DNA of 64,000 nt from Elainellaceae cyanobacterium (GTDB taxonomy: Bacteria; Cyanobacteriota; Cyanobacteriia; CAZCXK01). The notes under the pieces are model-generated. The model ran no database searches and was not told where the DNA came from. It worked only from the letters and a program-made list of their open reading frames with translations. Positions 31,501 through 39,909 of this stretch are shown in pieces. How positions within the stretch are numbered: the stretch's first letter is position 1; every line of letters starts with the position of its first letter. A program made the position numbers and the translations under genes. The stretch covers positions 26,933-90,932 of the forward strand of contig JBNPEG010000084.1 in NCBI GenBank assembly GCA_051117555.1, written 5' to 3'.

Positions 31501-31800
31501 GCGTCGCTTTGGCTCGTAAACGATGAGAGCACTAGTCTACTAATGGAAGAGTTCTATCGCAACCTTTCCCAGGGGACAGAAGCTGCACCGATTACCATTT
31601 CTCAAGCCCTTCGAGAAGCGCAACTAAGCTTAATTCGAGGAGCAGCAGAGAGCGATCGCGCTACTAATCGAGGCATTGAATTAGAACCCATTTCAGATGC
31701 TGGCAGTAGTGAAGGGCGATCGCCTTCTCAATCATCCCAAACTCGCTTCGGTCATCCTTACTACTGGTCGCCCTTTATCATCATCGGCAACGGTCTCTGA
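28510..31800 (+). CDS. signal peptide + TPR array + CHAT protease
   Basis: GNLG-type TPRs; HIATHG and LSACQT. Confidence 0.93.
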   Translation: MRPWSNRPKAPYSKLLTFPLLPFTVLLICASPLLPLSITLPPAAAQEAPPEDRLNEADRLLQQGIQQYQVSQFREALQSWQQALEIYREPGIQAAFPQRSRQGEGVILGNLGAAYLGIGNYQQAIDFFEQRLAIAREIGDRAGEGRAIGNLGAAYLEIGNYQRAIDFSEQHLAIAREIGDSPEERLRQRAEEGGAIGNLGAAYLGIGNYQQAIDYSEQSLIIAREIGDRAGEGHTLGNLGVAYLRIGNYQQAIDYSEQHLTIAREIGDRAEEGRALGNLGAAYWSLGQYQRAIDFPEQHLTIAREIGDRAGEGRAIGNLGIAYFSLGDYQQGINFFEQRLAIAQEIGDRAGEGKALGNLGLAYFSLGDYQQGINFFEQSLAIAREIGDRAGEGTSLGNLGLAYFSLGDYQQGINFFEQRLAIAQEIGDRAGEGKALGNLGLAYFSLGDYQQGINFFEQSLAIAQEIGDRQMEGTALGNLGNAYRDMGDYQQAIDFSEQSLAIAREIGDRAGERIDLNNIGVLWEEQNQPELAIAFLKQSVNVSESIRGRIRRLDQDLQQSYTDTVADTYRRLANLLLARGDILEAQQVLELLKIQELQEYTRGRVTNLETREYELSETEKAVVDTYGSLAELGLAAEQCKDSPDCSDAEWATLNNQLDALAIEYEEAVDALEAEVQARRNQDRERLHPDKFVGAAANIIEAQPGTVLIYPVVLDDKLWILWGSEGGVANSIEVPITMQEIGDAVLRFRRLMTQCEHGRCSDVADIQAVSQELYNYLFPQQLEDELQAIRETLPDGQVPNLVFALDRVTRYIPMAALFDGEQYLIENYTVSTILSAEQTQFDNPLPQNIDRTSVLALGLSNPVPEHGFPYALVNVPTELDAIVQQTATESLGIYSGEQLLNEAFDSSAFRQLRNGQQVLHIATHGVFAPNVHDLSYLMLGTGEPMYISELESAKRHFTDLSLVVLSACQTALADTDQSGLEIASIANTFIDAQVDTVVASLWLVNDESTSLLMEEFYRNLSQGTEAAPITISQALREAQLSLIRGAAESDRATNRGIELEPISDAGSSEGRSPSQSSQTRFGHPYYWSPFIIIGNGL
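29050..29073 (+). mobile_element. 24-nt in-frame insertion inside a HIP1 site (SDR5-like)
   Basis: GCGAT[TCTCCAGAAGAGAGGCTTCGCCAA]CGC. Confidence 0.75.
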
Positions 31801-31864
31801 CAAACCACAGTCAATAAGTCGCTGTATAAATCTATATCGTTTATCGAGGATTTGAGAGAGTGCG

Positions 31865-32821
31865 ATGAAAACCAACATCACCAAGAGATTTGTCCTACCA
31901 TTTCTTGCAGGGTTACTCGGCATTTGGATATTCAGTAGTTTCCTTCCAAAGGTTTCAATCGTATCGGCTCAAACAGATCCTAAGACTCGCTCGGAGATTA
32001 TACCCATCACTGTGATTCACGATATTTCAACTGCCGAGCTTGACATCGAGCCTGAATCATTTATTCCGCCAGGCGTAGATCTATCGCTTCAGCCTACTGA
32101 GGGAGGACGCGGCATCATCAGCAATGACGATCGGGTTTTGATGACCAGCGATCAATTTCCCTGGTCAACGGTGGGGCGAGTCGAGGGAATGAAAGCCGAT
32201 GGCGATCGGTTCAATCGCTGCACAGGCACCCTCATTGGTATGAATCTTGTTTTAACGAATGCTCACTGCGTCGTTGATGAATCTACCCACGAAGTCAATT
32301 ATGCAATGTGGTTTCAGCCCAATTTAGTCAATGGTCAGTTACAAGACGCATCTGACGAAGCAGCAGTAGTCACAGTGGCGTATGGAACAGATTTTCGTAA
32401 CTCGGCAACCTCTCACATCAATGATTGGGCATTACTCTGGCTTGATCGACCGCTCGGCGAAACCTATGGAACAATAGGATGGCGATCGCCATCACTCTCC
32501 TTCTTCCAGGAAAACGTGGAGACGCTCATCATGGTTGGATATTCGGGCGATTTCCCGACAGATAACCCTGGCGAAACGGCTGCTGCCCATATCGGATGCA
32601 GCATTTTAGATGAGAGCAACGGTATCTTTTTCCACGACTGCGATAGCACGAATGGTGCCTCTGGCGGTCCCATTTTTGCTGAGGTCGATGGCAGTGTTTA
32701 CTTAGTTGCGCTCCATGCTGGAGCTAGACATCATCCGGATACGAATGAAATCACAGCTAACTATGCTGTCAAAATGGCTTGGCTAGCAGATCAGTTCAAC
32801 ATTATTTCTGAAAGAGAGTAA
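31865..32821 (+). CDS. secreted trypsin-like (V8/S1B-type) serine protease
   Basis: TNAHC, DWAL and GASGGP triad; signal peptide and propeptide. Confidence 0.92.
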   Translation: MKTNITKRFVLPFLAGLLGIWIFSSFLPKVSIVSAQTDPKTRSEIIPITVIHDISTAELDIEPESFIPPGVDLSLQPTEGGRGIISNDDRVLMTSDQFPWSTVGRVEGMKADGDRFNRCTGTLIGMNLVLTNAHCVVDESTHEVNYAMWFQPNLVNGQLQDASDEAAVVTVAYGTDFRNSATSHINDWALLWLDRPLGETYGTIGWRSPSLSFFQENVETLIMVGYSGDFPTDNPGETAAAHIGCSILDESNGIFFHDCDSTNGASGGPIFAEVDGSVYLVALHAGARHHPDTNEITANYAVKMAWLADQFNIISERE

Positions 32822-32869
32822 TTTGGTTTCGGTGCAATCTACTGCTCTTGTTCAAGGGAGCTTTGTCTT

Positions 32870-35548
32870 ATGCGATACTTTTCTCTGTCCCGTGCATCCT
32901 CTTTGATTGTTTTACTTACGACGTTGCCTATCAGCTATTGGTGTGTCAATGTCATCAATGAATCACGTATCAGTGCTCAAATCTCATCTGGTGAGCATTC
33001 TCGAGCAGATGCAGAGCATCTGCTATTACAGGGTTATCAAGAATATAATCAAAACGAATTTTATGCTGCCCTTGAAATTTGGCAGATGGCCTTAGCTATC
33101 TATCAACAAATAGGCGATCGCGATCGTGAAGCAACGACTTTATCGTGTATTGGAATCGCTCATGATCGATTAAGTAATACTCAGGAGGCGATGTTTGCAA
33201 TTGAACAAGCACAATCTATTGAAGATGGTGAGACAGATTGTAAGGCGAGTGTCGTAACTTCCAATGGAGGGAACGCTAGCTTTCACGTGGTGTATTCGTT
33301 TACCTGGGAAAGTGGGATTGAGGCGGCAACTTTTGGGGATTCTGGAGCCTGCATCAATCGCAACCAATACTATTCTTCATTTAGAATTAGCTTCGCTGAA
33401 GGATCAGCGAGCTATTATTCAAATTTAATTCAATCTTTGCAACAGACTCTTAATATAGCTCGGCAGCAGGGTAATCATTATGGCGAAATTAACACACTAA
33501 CGGAGATTGGAAATATCTATTTCAATCTAGAAAACTATCAAGAGGCAAGTGATTACTATCGTCAATCGCTGGCGATCGCTCAACGCATCAGTAGTCTAGA
33601 TCATACTACTTTCCTCCTAGGACAACTAGGAACTATAAGTAGTCTTCGTGGTGAATATACGCGAGCGTTAGATTTGCATCAACAACAGCTTGAACAGGCA
33701 CAAGCACTAGGCAGTCGCTACGATCAGACTCTCGCACTAGAAAATTTTGGCAATGTTTACAGTGCCCGTCAAGACTACCAGCAGGCAATGATGGCCTATC
33801 AACAGGCTCTCTTCATGCAAAATGAAACCGGCGATTGTGAAGCTGACGGACGAATTCTGAGCAAGATTGGATTTGTTTTGGATGCTCAAGATCAGTCTGA
33901 GTTAGCCATTCTCTTCTTCAAACAATCAGTCAATATCCGTGAGGAAATTCGACAAGAGATTCAAACCGCCTCGCCTAGGTTACGTCAACATTATCTCCAA
34001 TCAGTTTCTGATACATATCGTCGTCTTGCTGAGTTACTGCTTCAACAAAACCGGGTGCTTGAAGCACAGCGAGTCCTTGATTTGCTCAAAGTGCAAGAAC
34101 TGGATGACTACTTGCACGATGTGCGCGGTGATGAGGATACCGAAGACGGCGTTGAGTATTGGCAACCAGAGCAGCGAATCCTTGACCTCTATCAAGAACT
34201 GCTGCTGACGGGGGAAGAACTGAACTATTTACGAAACCAGCCCTATGATGACCTCACTTCCGGTGAGCAGGCAAGACTGAGTGAGCTAGTGGCCAAAGAA
34301 GGAGAGCTATTAGATAGCTTTGAGCAGTTCATCGAGTTTCCCGATGTTGCTGCCGCTCTCAATCAACTGCGCCAGTCCAGCCAGGGGCAAAACATCGAGA
34401 TGGCAAACCTCACCGAATTGCAGAACAATCTGGCGAATTTGGGCAATGCCGTCTTGCTGTATCCGCTGATTCTGGACGACCGATTAGAATTGGTGTTGGT
34501 CGCGCCCAACTCGCCACCTATTCGTCGTCCTGTTGAGGTGTCCTCAACCGACCTTAATCGCGCCATTGTTGCCTTTCGCGATGCCCTCCGCAGCCCTCGC
34601 AGTGATGCCGAAGCTCCAGCCCAGCAGCTTTACGAGTGGTTGATTCAACCTCTGGAAGCAGACTTGGCAGCGGCAGGGGCAGAGTTGATTGTCTATGCGC
34701 CTGACGGGGCACTGCGCTATGTGCCCTTGGCAGCTCTGCATAACGGTGACGATTGGCTGGCACAACGGTTTGGCATCACCCATATCACCGCTGCTTCCCT
34801 CACCGACTTTGATACTCAACCCCAAGGCGATTTGAGCGTCCTTGCCGCAGCCTGTGCAGACTGTAGCTTTGAATTTGAGGTGGGCGATCGCCGATTTAGT
34901 TTTCCAGATTTGCCGTTCACTCAGGTTGAAGTCGAAGCCTTAGCCAACAAAATTTCTGATACGGATACTCTAATCAACCAGTCCTTCAGTCCTGATGCCA
35001 CAGTACCGCGTCTGGGCAGCTACAGCGTGATTCACCTGGCAACCCATGCTGCTTTTGTTCAAGGAGAACCAGATGAATCATTTATCGTGTTTGGCAATGG
35101 CGATCGCGTTACCCTGCGAGACATCCGCCGCTGGAATTTGGGAAATGCAGATTTGGTAGTGCTGAGTGCCTGCGAGACGGGGCTAGGTGAGCAAGACCTA
35201 GGCAACGGCACTGAGATTCTTGGCTTTGGTTATCAGATGCAGCGTACGGGCGCCAAAGCAGCGATCGCCTCTCTTTGGCAAGTCAGCGATGGGGGCACTC
35301 AGGCGTTGATGAATGCCTTCTATACAGCTTTAGGAAATGGATACAGCAAAGCTGAAGCGTTGCAACGTGCGCAGATTGCGCTCATTCAGGATGATGCATC
35401 AGTGTTAGAACCCTCAGAACGGGGTATTCAAATTGAATCAACCGAAACAGGAGAACCACTAGAGAGTGTCTCAAGCAGCAATTTACAAGGAAACCTCAAC
35501 CATCCCTACTACTGGGCACCATTCATCCTGATTGGCAACGGACTTTGA
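32870..35548 (+). CDS. signal peptide + interrupted TPR array + CHAT protease
   Basis: HLATHA and LSACETG; a Cys-flanked insert within the TPRs. Confidence 0.92.
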   Translation: MRYFSLSRASSLIVLLTTLPISYWCVNVINESRISAQISSGEHSRADAEHLLLQGYQEYNQNEFYAALEIWQMALAIYQQIGDRDREATTLSCIGIAHDRLSNTQEAMFAIEQAQSIEDGETDCKASVVTSNGGNASFHVVYSFTWESGIEAATFGDSGACINRNQYYSSFRISFAEGSASYYSNLIQSLQQTLNIARQQGNHYGEINTLTEIGNIYFNLENYQEASDYYRQSLAIAQRISSLDHTTFLLGQLGTISSLRGEYTRALDLHQQQLEQAQALGSRYDQTLALENFGNVYSARQDYQQAMMAYQQALFMQNETGDCEADGRILSKIGFVLDAQDQSELAILFFKQSVNIREEIRQEIQTASPRLRQHYLQSVSDTYRRLAELLLQQNRVLEAQRVLDLLKVQELDDYLHDVRGDEDTEDGVEYWQPEQRILDLYQELLLTGEELNYLRNQPYDDLTSGEQARLSELVAKEGELLDSFEQFIEFPDVAAALNQLRQSSQGQNIEMANLTELQNNLANLGNAVLLYPLILDDRLELVLVAPNSPPIRRPVEVSSTDLNRAIVAFRDALRSPRSDAEAPAQQLYEWLIQPLEADLAAAGAELIVYAPDGALRYVPLAALHNGDDWLAQRFGITHITAASLTDFDTQPQGDLSVLAAACADCSFEFEVGDRRFSFPDLPFTQVEVEALANKISDTDTLINQSFSPDATVPRLGSYSVIHLATHAAFVQGEPDESFIVFGNGDRVTLRDIRRWNLGNADLVVLSACETGLGEQDLGNGTEILGFGYQMQRTGAKAAIASLWQVSDGGTQALMNAFYTALGNGYSKAEALQRAQIALIQDDASVLEPSERGIQIESTETGEPLESVSSSNLQGNLNHPYYWAPFILIGNGL

Positions 35549-35597
35549 TGTCTATGCTTTGACTACACTTCAACCGACCACTTTACAAGGAAAAACC

Positions 35598-37139
35598 ATG
35601 CGTTCTAATCATTTCGTCTCAAATTCTTTCGTTTATGGAGCACTACTATCTACTTTTGCCGCCGTTCTGGCCTCCACCATGTTTGGACTGATTTCCACAA
35701 AAGCCAATGCCAACGGAGCGATCGCCCCGACACGCAGTGCAGGTGCTGCTACTGAGGAAGGCGTTCAGCTCAGCCCTATTGAACAAGAGATTTTAGAAGA
35801 ACATGACAGTCTTATCGAAATGGGGCGAGAACTAGCTGAACTACAACGCATCCCAACTGGCGATCGCACCCCAGAGCAAGAGACAAGAATGGCAGAACTG
35901 CTTCAAGCACAACAGCAGATTAGAGAAGCATTTCAGGAATTTCTTGCACGTCCGGATGTAGAAGCCACCATTGCCCAGTTGAGACAGTCTCAGAGACAAC
36001 AAACCCTTGACCTTCGCTCTATTGAGGCATTGCAAGACAACCTGAGACAGCTCGAACAAGAGGCAGTATTGCTGTATCCGCTTATTCTAGAAGATCGGCT
36101 TGAACTGGTTTTACTGACTGCTGATGCTCCTCCAATTCGTCGCTCTATTAATGTGAGTCAAACAGAACTCAATCAAACAGTTTTAGAATTTCGTCAGGCA
36201 CTACAAAATCCACGTAGTAACCCCCAAACTTCAGCCCAGCAGCTTTATAACTGGCTCATTCAACCTTTTGAAAATGAACTAGAAGCAGCCGATGCTGACG
36301 CAATTCTCTATGCTCCAGATGGTGTTTTGCGTTATGTTCCCCTCGCCGCACTTCACACAGGCGAGCAGTGGTTGGTGGAAAATTACATCGTGAATACCAT
36401 TACGGCTGCGTCTCTCACCGATTTTGGTCAATCTCCCCAGCAGCCACCACGGGTTTTAGCGGCTGCACACACTGAAGGGAGCTTTGAAGTTACAGTAGGC
36501 GATCGCTCATTGCAGCTATCAGGCTTCCAATTTGCAGCTCCAGAAGTCGAAGCGATCGCTGAGTTGATGCCCGACACAACCGTACTTCTTAACGACGAAT
36601 TCACTCCTGATAACCTATTCCTTCAAATGAATGATTACACCATTGTTCATATTGCTGCGAATGTTTGGATTGTCCCTAGTGGCCCAGATGATTCATTTAT
36701 TTTGTTCGGTAATGGCGATCGCGTCTCGTTGTCAGACATGCGGAATTGGAATCTCAGCAACGTAGATTTGCTGGTGTTGAGTGCGTGTGAGACTGGAGTG
36801 GGCGAGACATTGGGCAGTGGAGACGAAATCCTTGGCTTTGGTTACACAGTGCAACGAGCAGGGGCACGAGCGGCAATCGCCCCGCTGTGGCAGGTCGATG
36901 ATTTTGGCACCAAAGAGTTGATGGTGGCGTTTTATCGATCGCTTCAGCAAGGGCAAAGTTATGCAGAAGCGCTGCGGCAAGCTCAACTTTCACTCATTAC
37001 ATTTGAATCAATGCCTGCACCTCGACAGCTCAAAGGAATAGAAGTTGGGGCACCTGTTGAGGCACCTGTAGACAGGCAAGGGCGCTTTAGTCATCCCTAC
37101 TACTGGGCACCGTTTATCCTAATTGGAAATGGGTTATAG
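35598..37139 (+). CDS. exported CHAT-only protein lacking the catalytic His
   Basis: No TPR; HIAANV replaces H(L/I/F)ATH(A/G); LSACETG is kept; AGG RBS before ATG 35598. Confidence 0.85.
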   Translation: MRSNHFVSNSFVYGALLSTFAAVLASTMFGLISTKANANGAIAPTRSAGAATEEGVQLSPIEQEILEEHDSLIEMGRELAELQRIPTGDRTPEQETRMAELLQAQQQIREAFQEFLARPDVEATIAQLRQSQRQQTLDLRSIEALQDNLRQLEQEAVLLYPLILEDRLELVLLTADAPPIRRSINVSQTELNQTVLEFRQALQNPRSNPQTSAQQLYNWLIQPFENELEAADADAILYAPDGVLRYVPLAALHTGEQWLVENYIVNTITAASLTDFGQSPQQPPRVLAAAHTEGSFEVTVGDRSLQLSGFQFAAPEVEAIAELMPDTTVLLNDEFTPDNLFLQMNDYTIVHIAANVWIVPSGPDDSFILFGNGDRVSLSDMRNWNLSNVDLLVLSACETGVGETLGSGDEILGFGYTVQRAGARAAIAPLWQVDDFGTKELMVAFYRSLQQGQSYAEALRQAQLSLITFESMPAPRQLKGIEVGAPVEAPVDRQGRFSHPYYWAPFILIGNGL

Positions 37140-37177
37140 AAATAAGTTCTGAGTGTGTCGTTCAAGGCTTAGATTTT

Positions 37178-37205
37178 TTCCATATCTGATTTGTGGTCAG
37201 AGCTA
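37178..37205 (+). promoter_or_regulatory. TTCCATA-N14-AGAGCTA motif
   Basis: TTCCATA tctgatttgtggtc AGAGCTA upstream of the CAP/RTX gene. Confidence 0.7.
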
Positions 37206-37292
37206 TGTATTGGTGAAGGGTGATGAACTCTCCATTATTTGATCACAATCAACTGCAACATTCTAATCAAAGCAAAAGGAACTTCGTGCACA

Positions 37293-38279
37293 ATGACAGT
37301 TAACATTTATGCGCCTTCACCGTTAGATGGTCTAGAGCAAGAGGAAAACGGGCTGTATAAACTGGTCAACCGCTATCGCGCTCGCAATGACTTGCCACCC
37401 ATCCCTGCATCCAGCTCGTTGACGCTGGTGGCGAATCGTCATGTGCTCGATCTCCAGGAAAACATCGGAACCTTAACCCATGGCTGGAGTGATGCACCTT
37501 ATGACAGCAGCGATTCCAGCACTTGGCCGTCAATGTGGACGGCTCCCCAGCGATTCAATACAAGCTATCCGGGCAATGGGTATGAAAATGCCTACTGGAA
37601 TAGCGCTGGAGCAACGGCAACGAGCGCACTCATTGGCTGGCAGGGCAGTACGGGGCACAATAACGTAATTCTCAATCGCAGTATTTGGGTAGACAATCAC
37701 TGGAATGCTTTGGGAGTCGGCATTTATGAAGACTATGCGGTTCTTTGGTTTGGAGAAGAAATAGATCCGACAGGGGCACCCACCAGTCTCGATAGCAGCA
37801 TTTTAACGGGGAATCATCAACGGAATACTGTCCGAGGGTCTGCAAGCAATGACATCATTACAGGATTGGGGCAGAGAGACACGCTCGCGGGGAGACGCGG
37901 CAGCGATGTCATCGGTGGGGGAGCAGGTCGAGATAAATTATTGGGGGGAGGCGGCAATGACTTTCTCTTTGGTGAAGGTGGCAACGATAGACTAGTTGGA
38001 CACCGTGGTCGAGATCGGCTGTTTGGCGGTGGGGGGCGAGATGTTTTAGTCGGTGGTCCAGGACGCGACTTATTCGGGCTGCAAACGGGCAACAATTTCG
38101 ATATCATCAAAGACTTTGGTAACGGTAATGATCAACTGAAGCTGCCTCAAGGTTCGACGTTCAGAGATGTAGAACTAAGCCAACGGGGAAACACGGCTCT
38201 GATTAGCATCGACGATGATCTACTGGCTAAATTAAGAGGCGTGCAAATTAGCCAGCTTTCGTCGGCGGACTTTCAATAA
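37293..38279 (+). CDS. CAP (SCP) domain protein with RTX Ca-binding repeats
   Basis: LVNRYR, GYENA, W..STGHNNVIL, ALGVG; GGGGND nonapeptide repeats. Confidence 0.88.
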   Translation: MTVNIYAPSPLDGLEQEENGLYKLVNRYRARNDLPPIPASSSLTLVANRHVLDLQENIGTLTHGWSDAPYDSSDSSTWPSMWTAPQRFNTSYPGNGYENAYWNSAGATATSALIGWQGSTGHNNVILNRSIWVDNHWNALGVGIYEDYAVLWFGEEIDPTGAPTSLDSSILTGNHQRNTVRGSASNDIITGLGQRDTLAGRRGSDVIGGGAGRDKLLGGGGNDFLFGEGGNDRLVGHRGRDRLFGGGGRDVLVGGPGRDLFGLQTGNNFDIIKDFGNGNDQLKLPQGSTFRDVELSQRGNTALISIDDDLLAKLRGVQISQLSSADFQ

Positions 38280-38534
38280 AGATGTTTAATGCTTATTTGA
38301 AACGCTTCAAGATACGGTTGTGAAATACTATCGAATACGCTACTGTCAGAAACAGTACATATCAAGAAGTGTCCCCTGGAAGTGGTGGCTCACAACCAGA
38401 GGACTAATCCCCAAACTGCACAACCAGCTTGGAGACTATCGTTGATTTTACTCCGTTAGTCATCCCATTGTTTGCTGCGCGTATACGGGATGGCTTTTTG
38501 ATGGGGCAATTTCGTCCTGTTTTGGAGTATTATC

Positions 38535-38777
38535 ATGTGTTCTGACTCATGTTCTAACACCAATCCACAACCGTTTCTCGATCTGCGCGATCGCCCAGAT
38601 CCGAGGATTTTGCGCATCCTTGACATTGGCACTCTCGATGCAGTCAATCACCACATTATGGTGCAATATCAACTGCGCTACGCCGAACCCCGCGAATGGT
38701 CACGAGCTTTGCCCACGATCAATCCCGGTGAGGTGATGCGCATTCTCACGAAACGAATGCCGCCTAGCAATTTGTAA
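38535..38777 (+). CDS. small hypothetical protein
   Basis: YAEPREWSRALPTINPGEVMRILTK resembles, from recall only, a small conserved cyanobacterial family. Confidence 0.45.
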   Translation: MCSDSCSNTNPQPFLDLRDRPDPRILRILDIGTLDAVNHHIMVQYQLRYAEPREWSRALPTINPGEVMRILTKRMPPSNL

Positions 38778-38904
38778 TCGCTATCAGTCGGGGCGCACAC
38801 CTGTGCGTCCTGCATTTCCAGAGTGAGTCAAACTCTCATTGGCACAGAAGTAAGATAGATATATCGTTCAAACCAAAGTCACAATCAACGGTAGAGAGTA
38901 TTCC

Positions 38905-39225
38905 ATGTCCACCAGTGAATTAGAGGTTCAGCTACATAATCTAACCCCGGCGCGACGGGCGATCGCCCTCCAAACGCTGACTCAAACTTTAGGCAGCGGT
39001 GCACGGGGGATTACTAAAACAGACGGAGTATGTAGCGGAGAAGCCTGTATCGCTGGAACGCGCATACCCGTTTGGCTTCTTGTGGAGTCTCGTCGTCAAG
39101 GGGTTCGTGAAGCTCAACTACTCAACGACTATTCCCATATTAGTGCGGCTGATTTGGTCAATGCTTGGGCTTATGCAGAGGCTTATCCTGAAGAAATTGA
39201 AGCCGCAATTCAAAAAAATAAATAA
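38905..39225 (+). CDS. DUF433 family protein (antitoxin-like, orphan)
   Basis: GVCSGEACIAGTRIPV motif. Confidence 0.88.
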   Translation: MSTSELEVQLHNLTPARRAIALQTLTQTLGSGARGITKTDGVCSGEACIAGTRIPVWLLVESRRQGVREAQLLNDYSHISAADLVNAWAYAEAYPEEIEAAIQKNK

Positions 39226-39448
39226 TCAAAGACAATCGCTACAAGTGAGCGATCGCCCCCACCAATCAATACCCCATTCGGTACAAACGGTAGGGGCGAA
39301 TCGCGATTCGCCCAGTGCAAAAGGTTTCTATCAATCCAATCATTGAGATAAACGAATCAAAGGGCGATCGCCCCTTTTGTCCATTGCATGTGAATTTAAT
39401 ACGTTGTACGGGCGCACGGCGTACGCCCATCTCCTATGCAAGGTCAAC

Positions 39449-39615
39449 AACGACGTTTGCATGTGCCGCTTCAACGTATGTAGCTCTCGCAACGGCGTTT
39501 GCATGTGCCACTTTGTCGTTGCAGCGCTCAAAAACGACGTTTGCATGTGCCACTTCGACGTATGTAGCTCTCGCAACGGCGTTTACATGTGCCACTTTGT
39601 CGTTGCAGCGCTGAC
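39449..39615. repeat. 42-bp tandem repeat, order A-B-A-B
   Basis: Units start at 39449, 39491, 39533 and 39575; core AACGRCGTTTGCATGTGCCRCTT. Confidence 0.9.
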
Positions 39616-39726
39616 AACGATGTTGCAACGCTTGAATTGGATGTCAGAGCTTAAACTTCAACGCGGATTGCTCAGTTAAGCAATTTTAGACGTATCGCTG
39701 AGCCAATATTCTAGCCATCCCAGAAC

Positions 39727-39794
39727 AGATCCCCGGCTTCTGTTGTAAGTCTCTGACTGATATTAGAGACACTTGATTAAGAAGCCGGGGATCT
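39727..39794. repeat. 68-bp IR element (core orientation B)
   Basis: Same 15-bp arms as 7774-7841 with the core reverse-complemented. Confidence 0.85.
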
Positions 39795-39845
39795 AAACCG
39801 CCATACTTAGGTCGTTGATGAGCAATCCCTAAAGTTTTCTTCAAA

Positions 39846-39873
39846 TTCCATACCCTCTCCTGCACCAGAGATA
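39846..39873 (+). promoter_or_regulatory. TTCCATA-N14-AGAGATA motif
   Basis: Exact match, 37 nt before ATG 39910. Confidence 0.75.
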
Positions 39874-39909
39874 TACACTAATGTCGGTCATTATCCTTCT
39901 GGAGAATTT

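Noticed and set aside
39449..39615. CRISPR array
   Set aside because: The intervening segments are only about 19 bp and recur (A/B), and there are no cas genes; this is a tandem repeat
39315..39679. Cys-rich small ORFs (also 48218-48536 and 57541-57954)
   Set aside because: Produced by the 42-bp repeats, which are open in several frames; no RBS support
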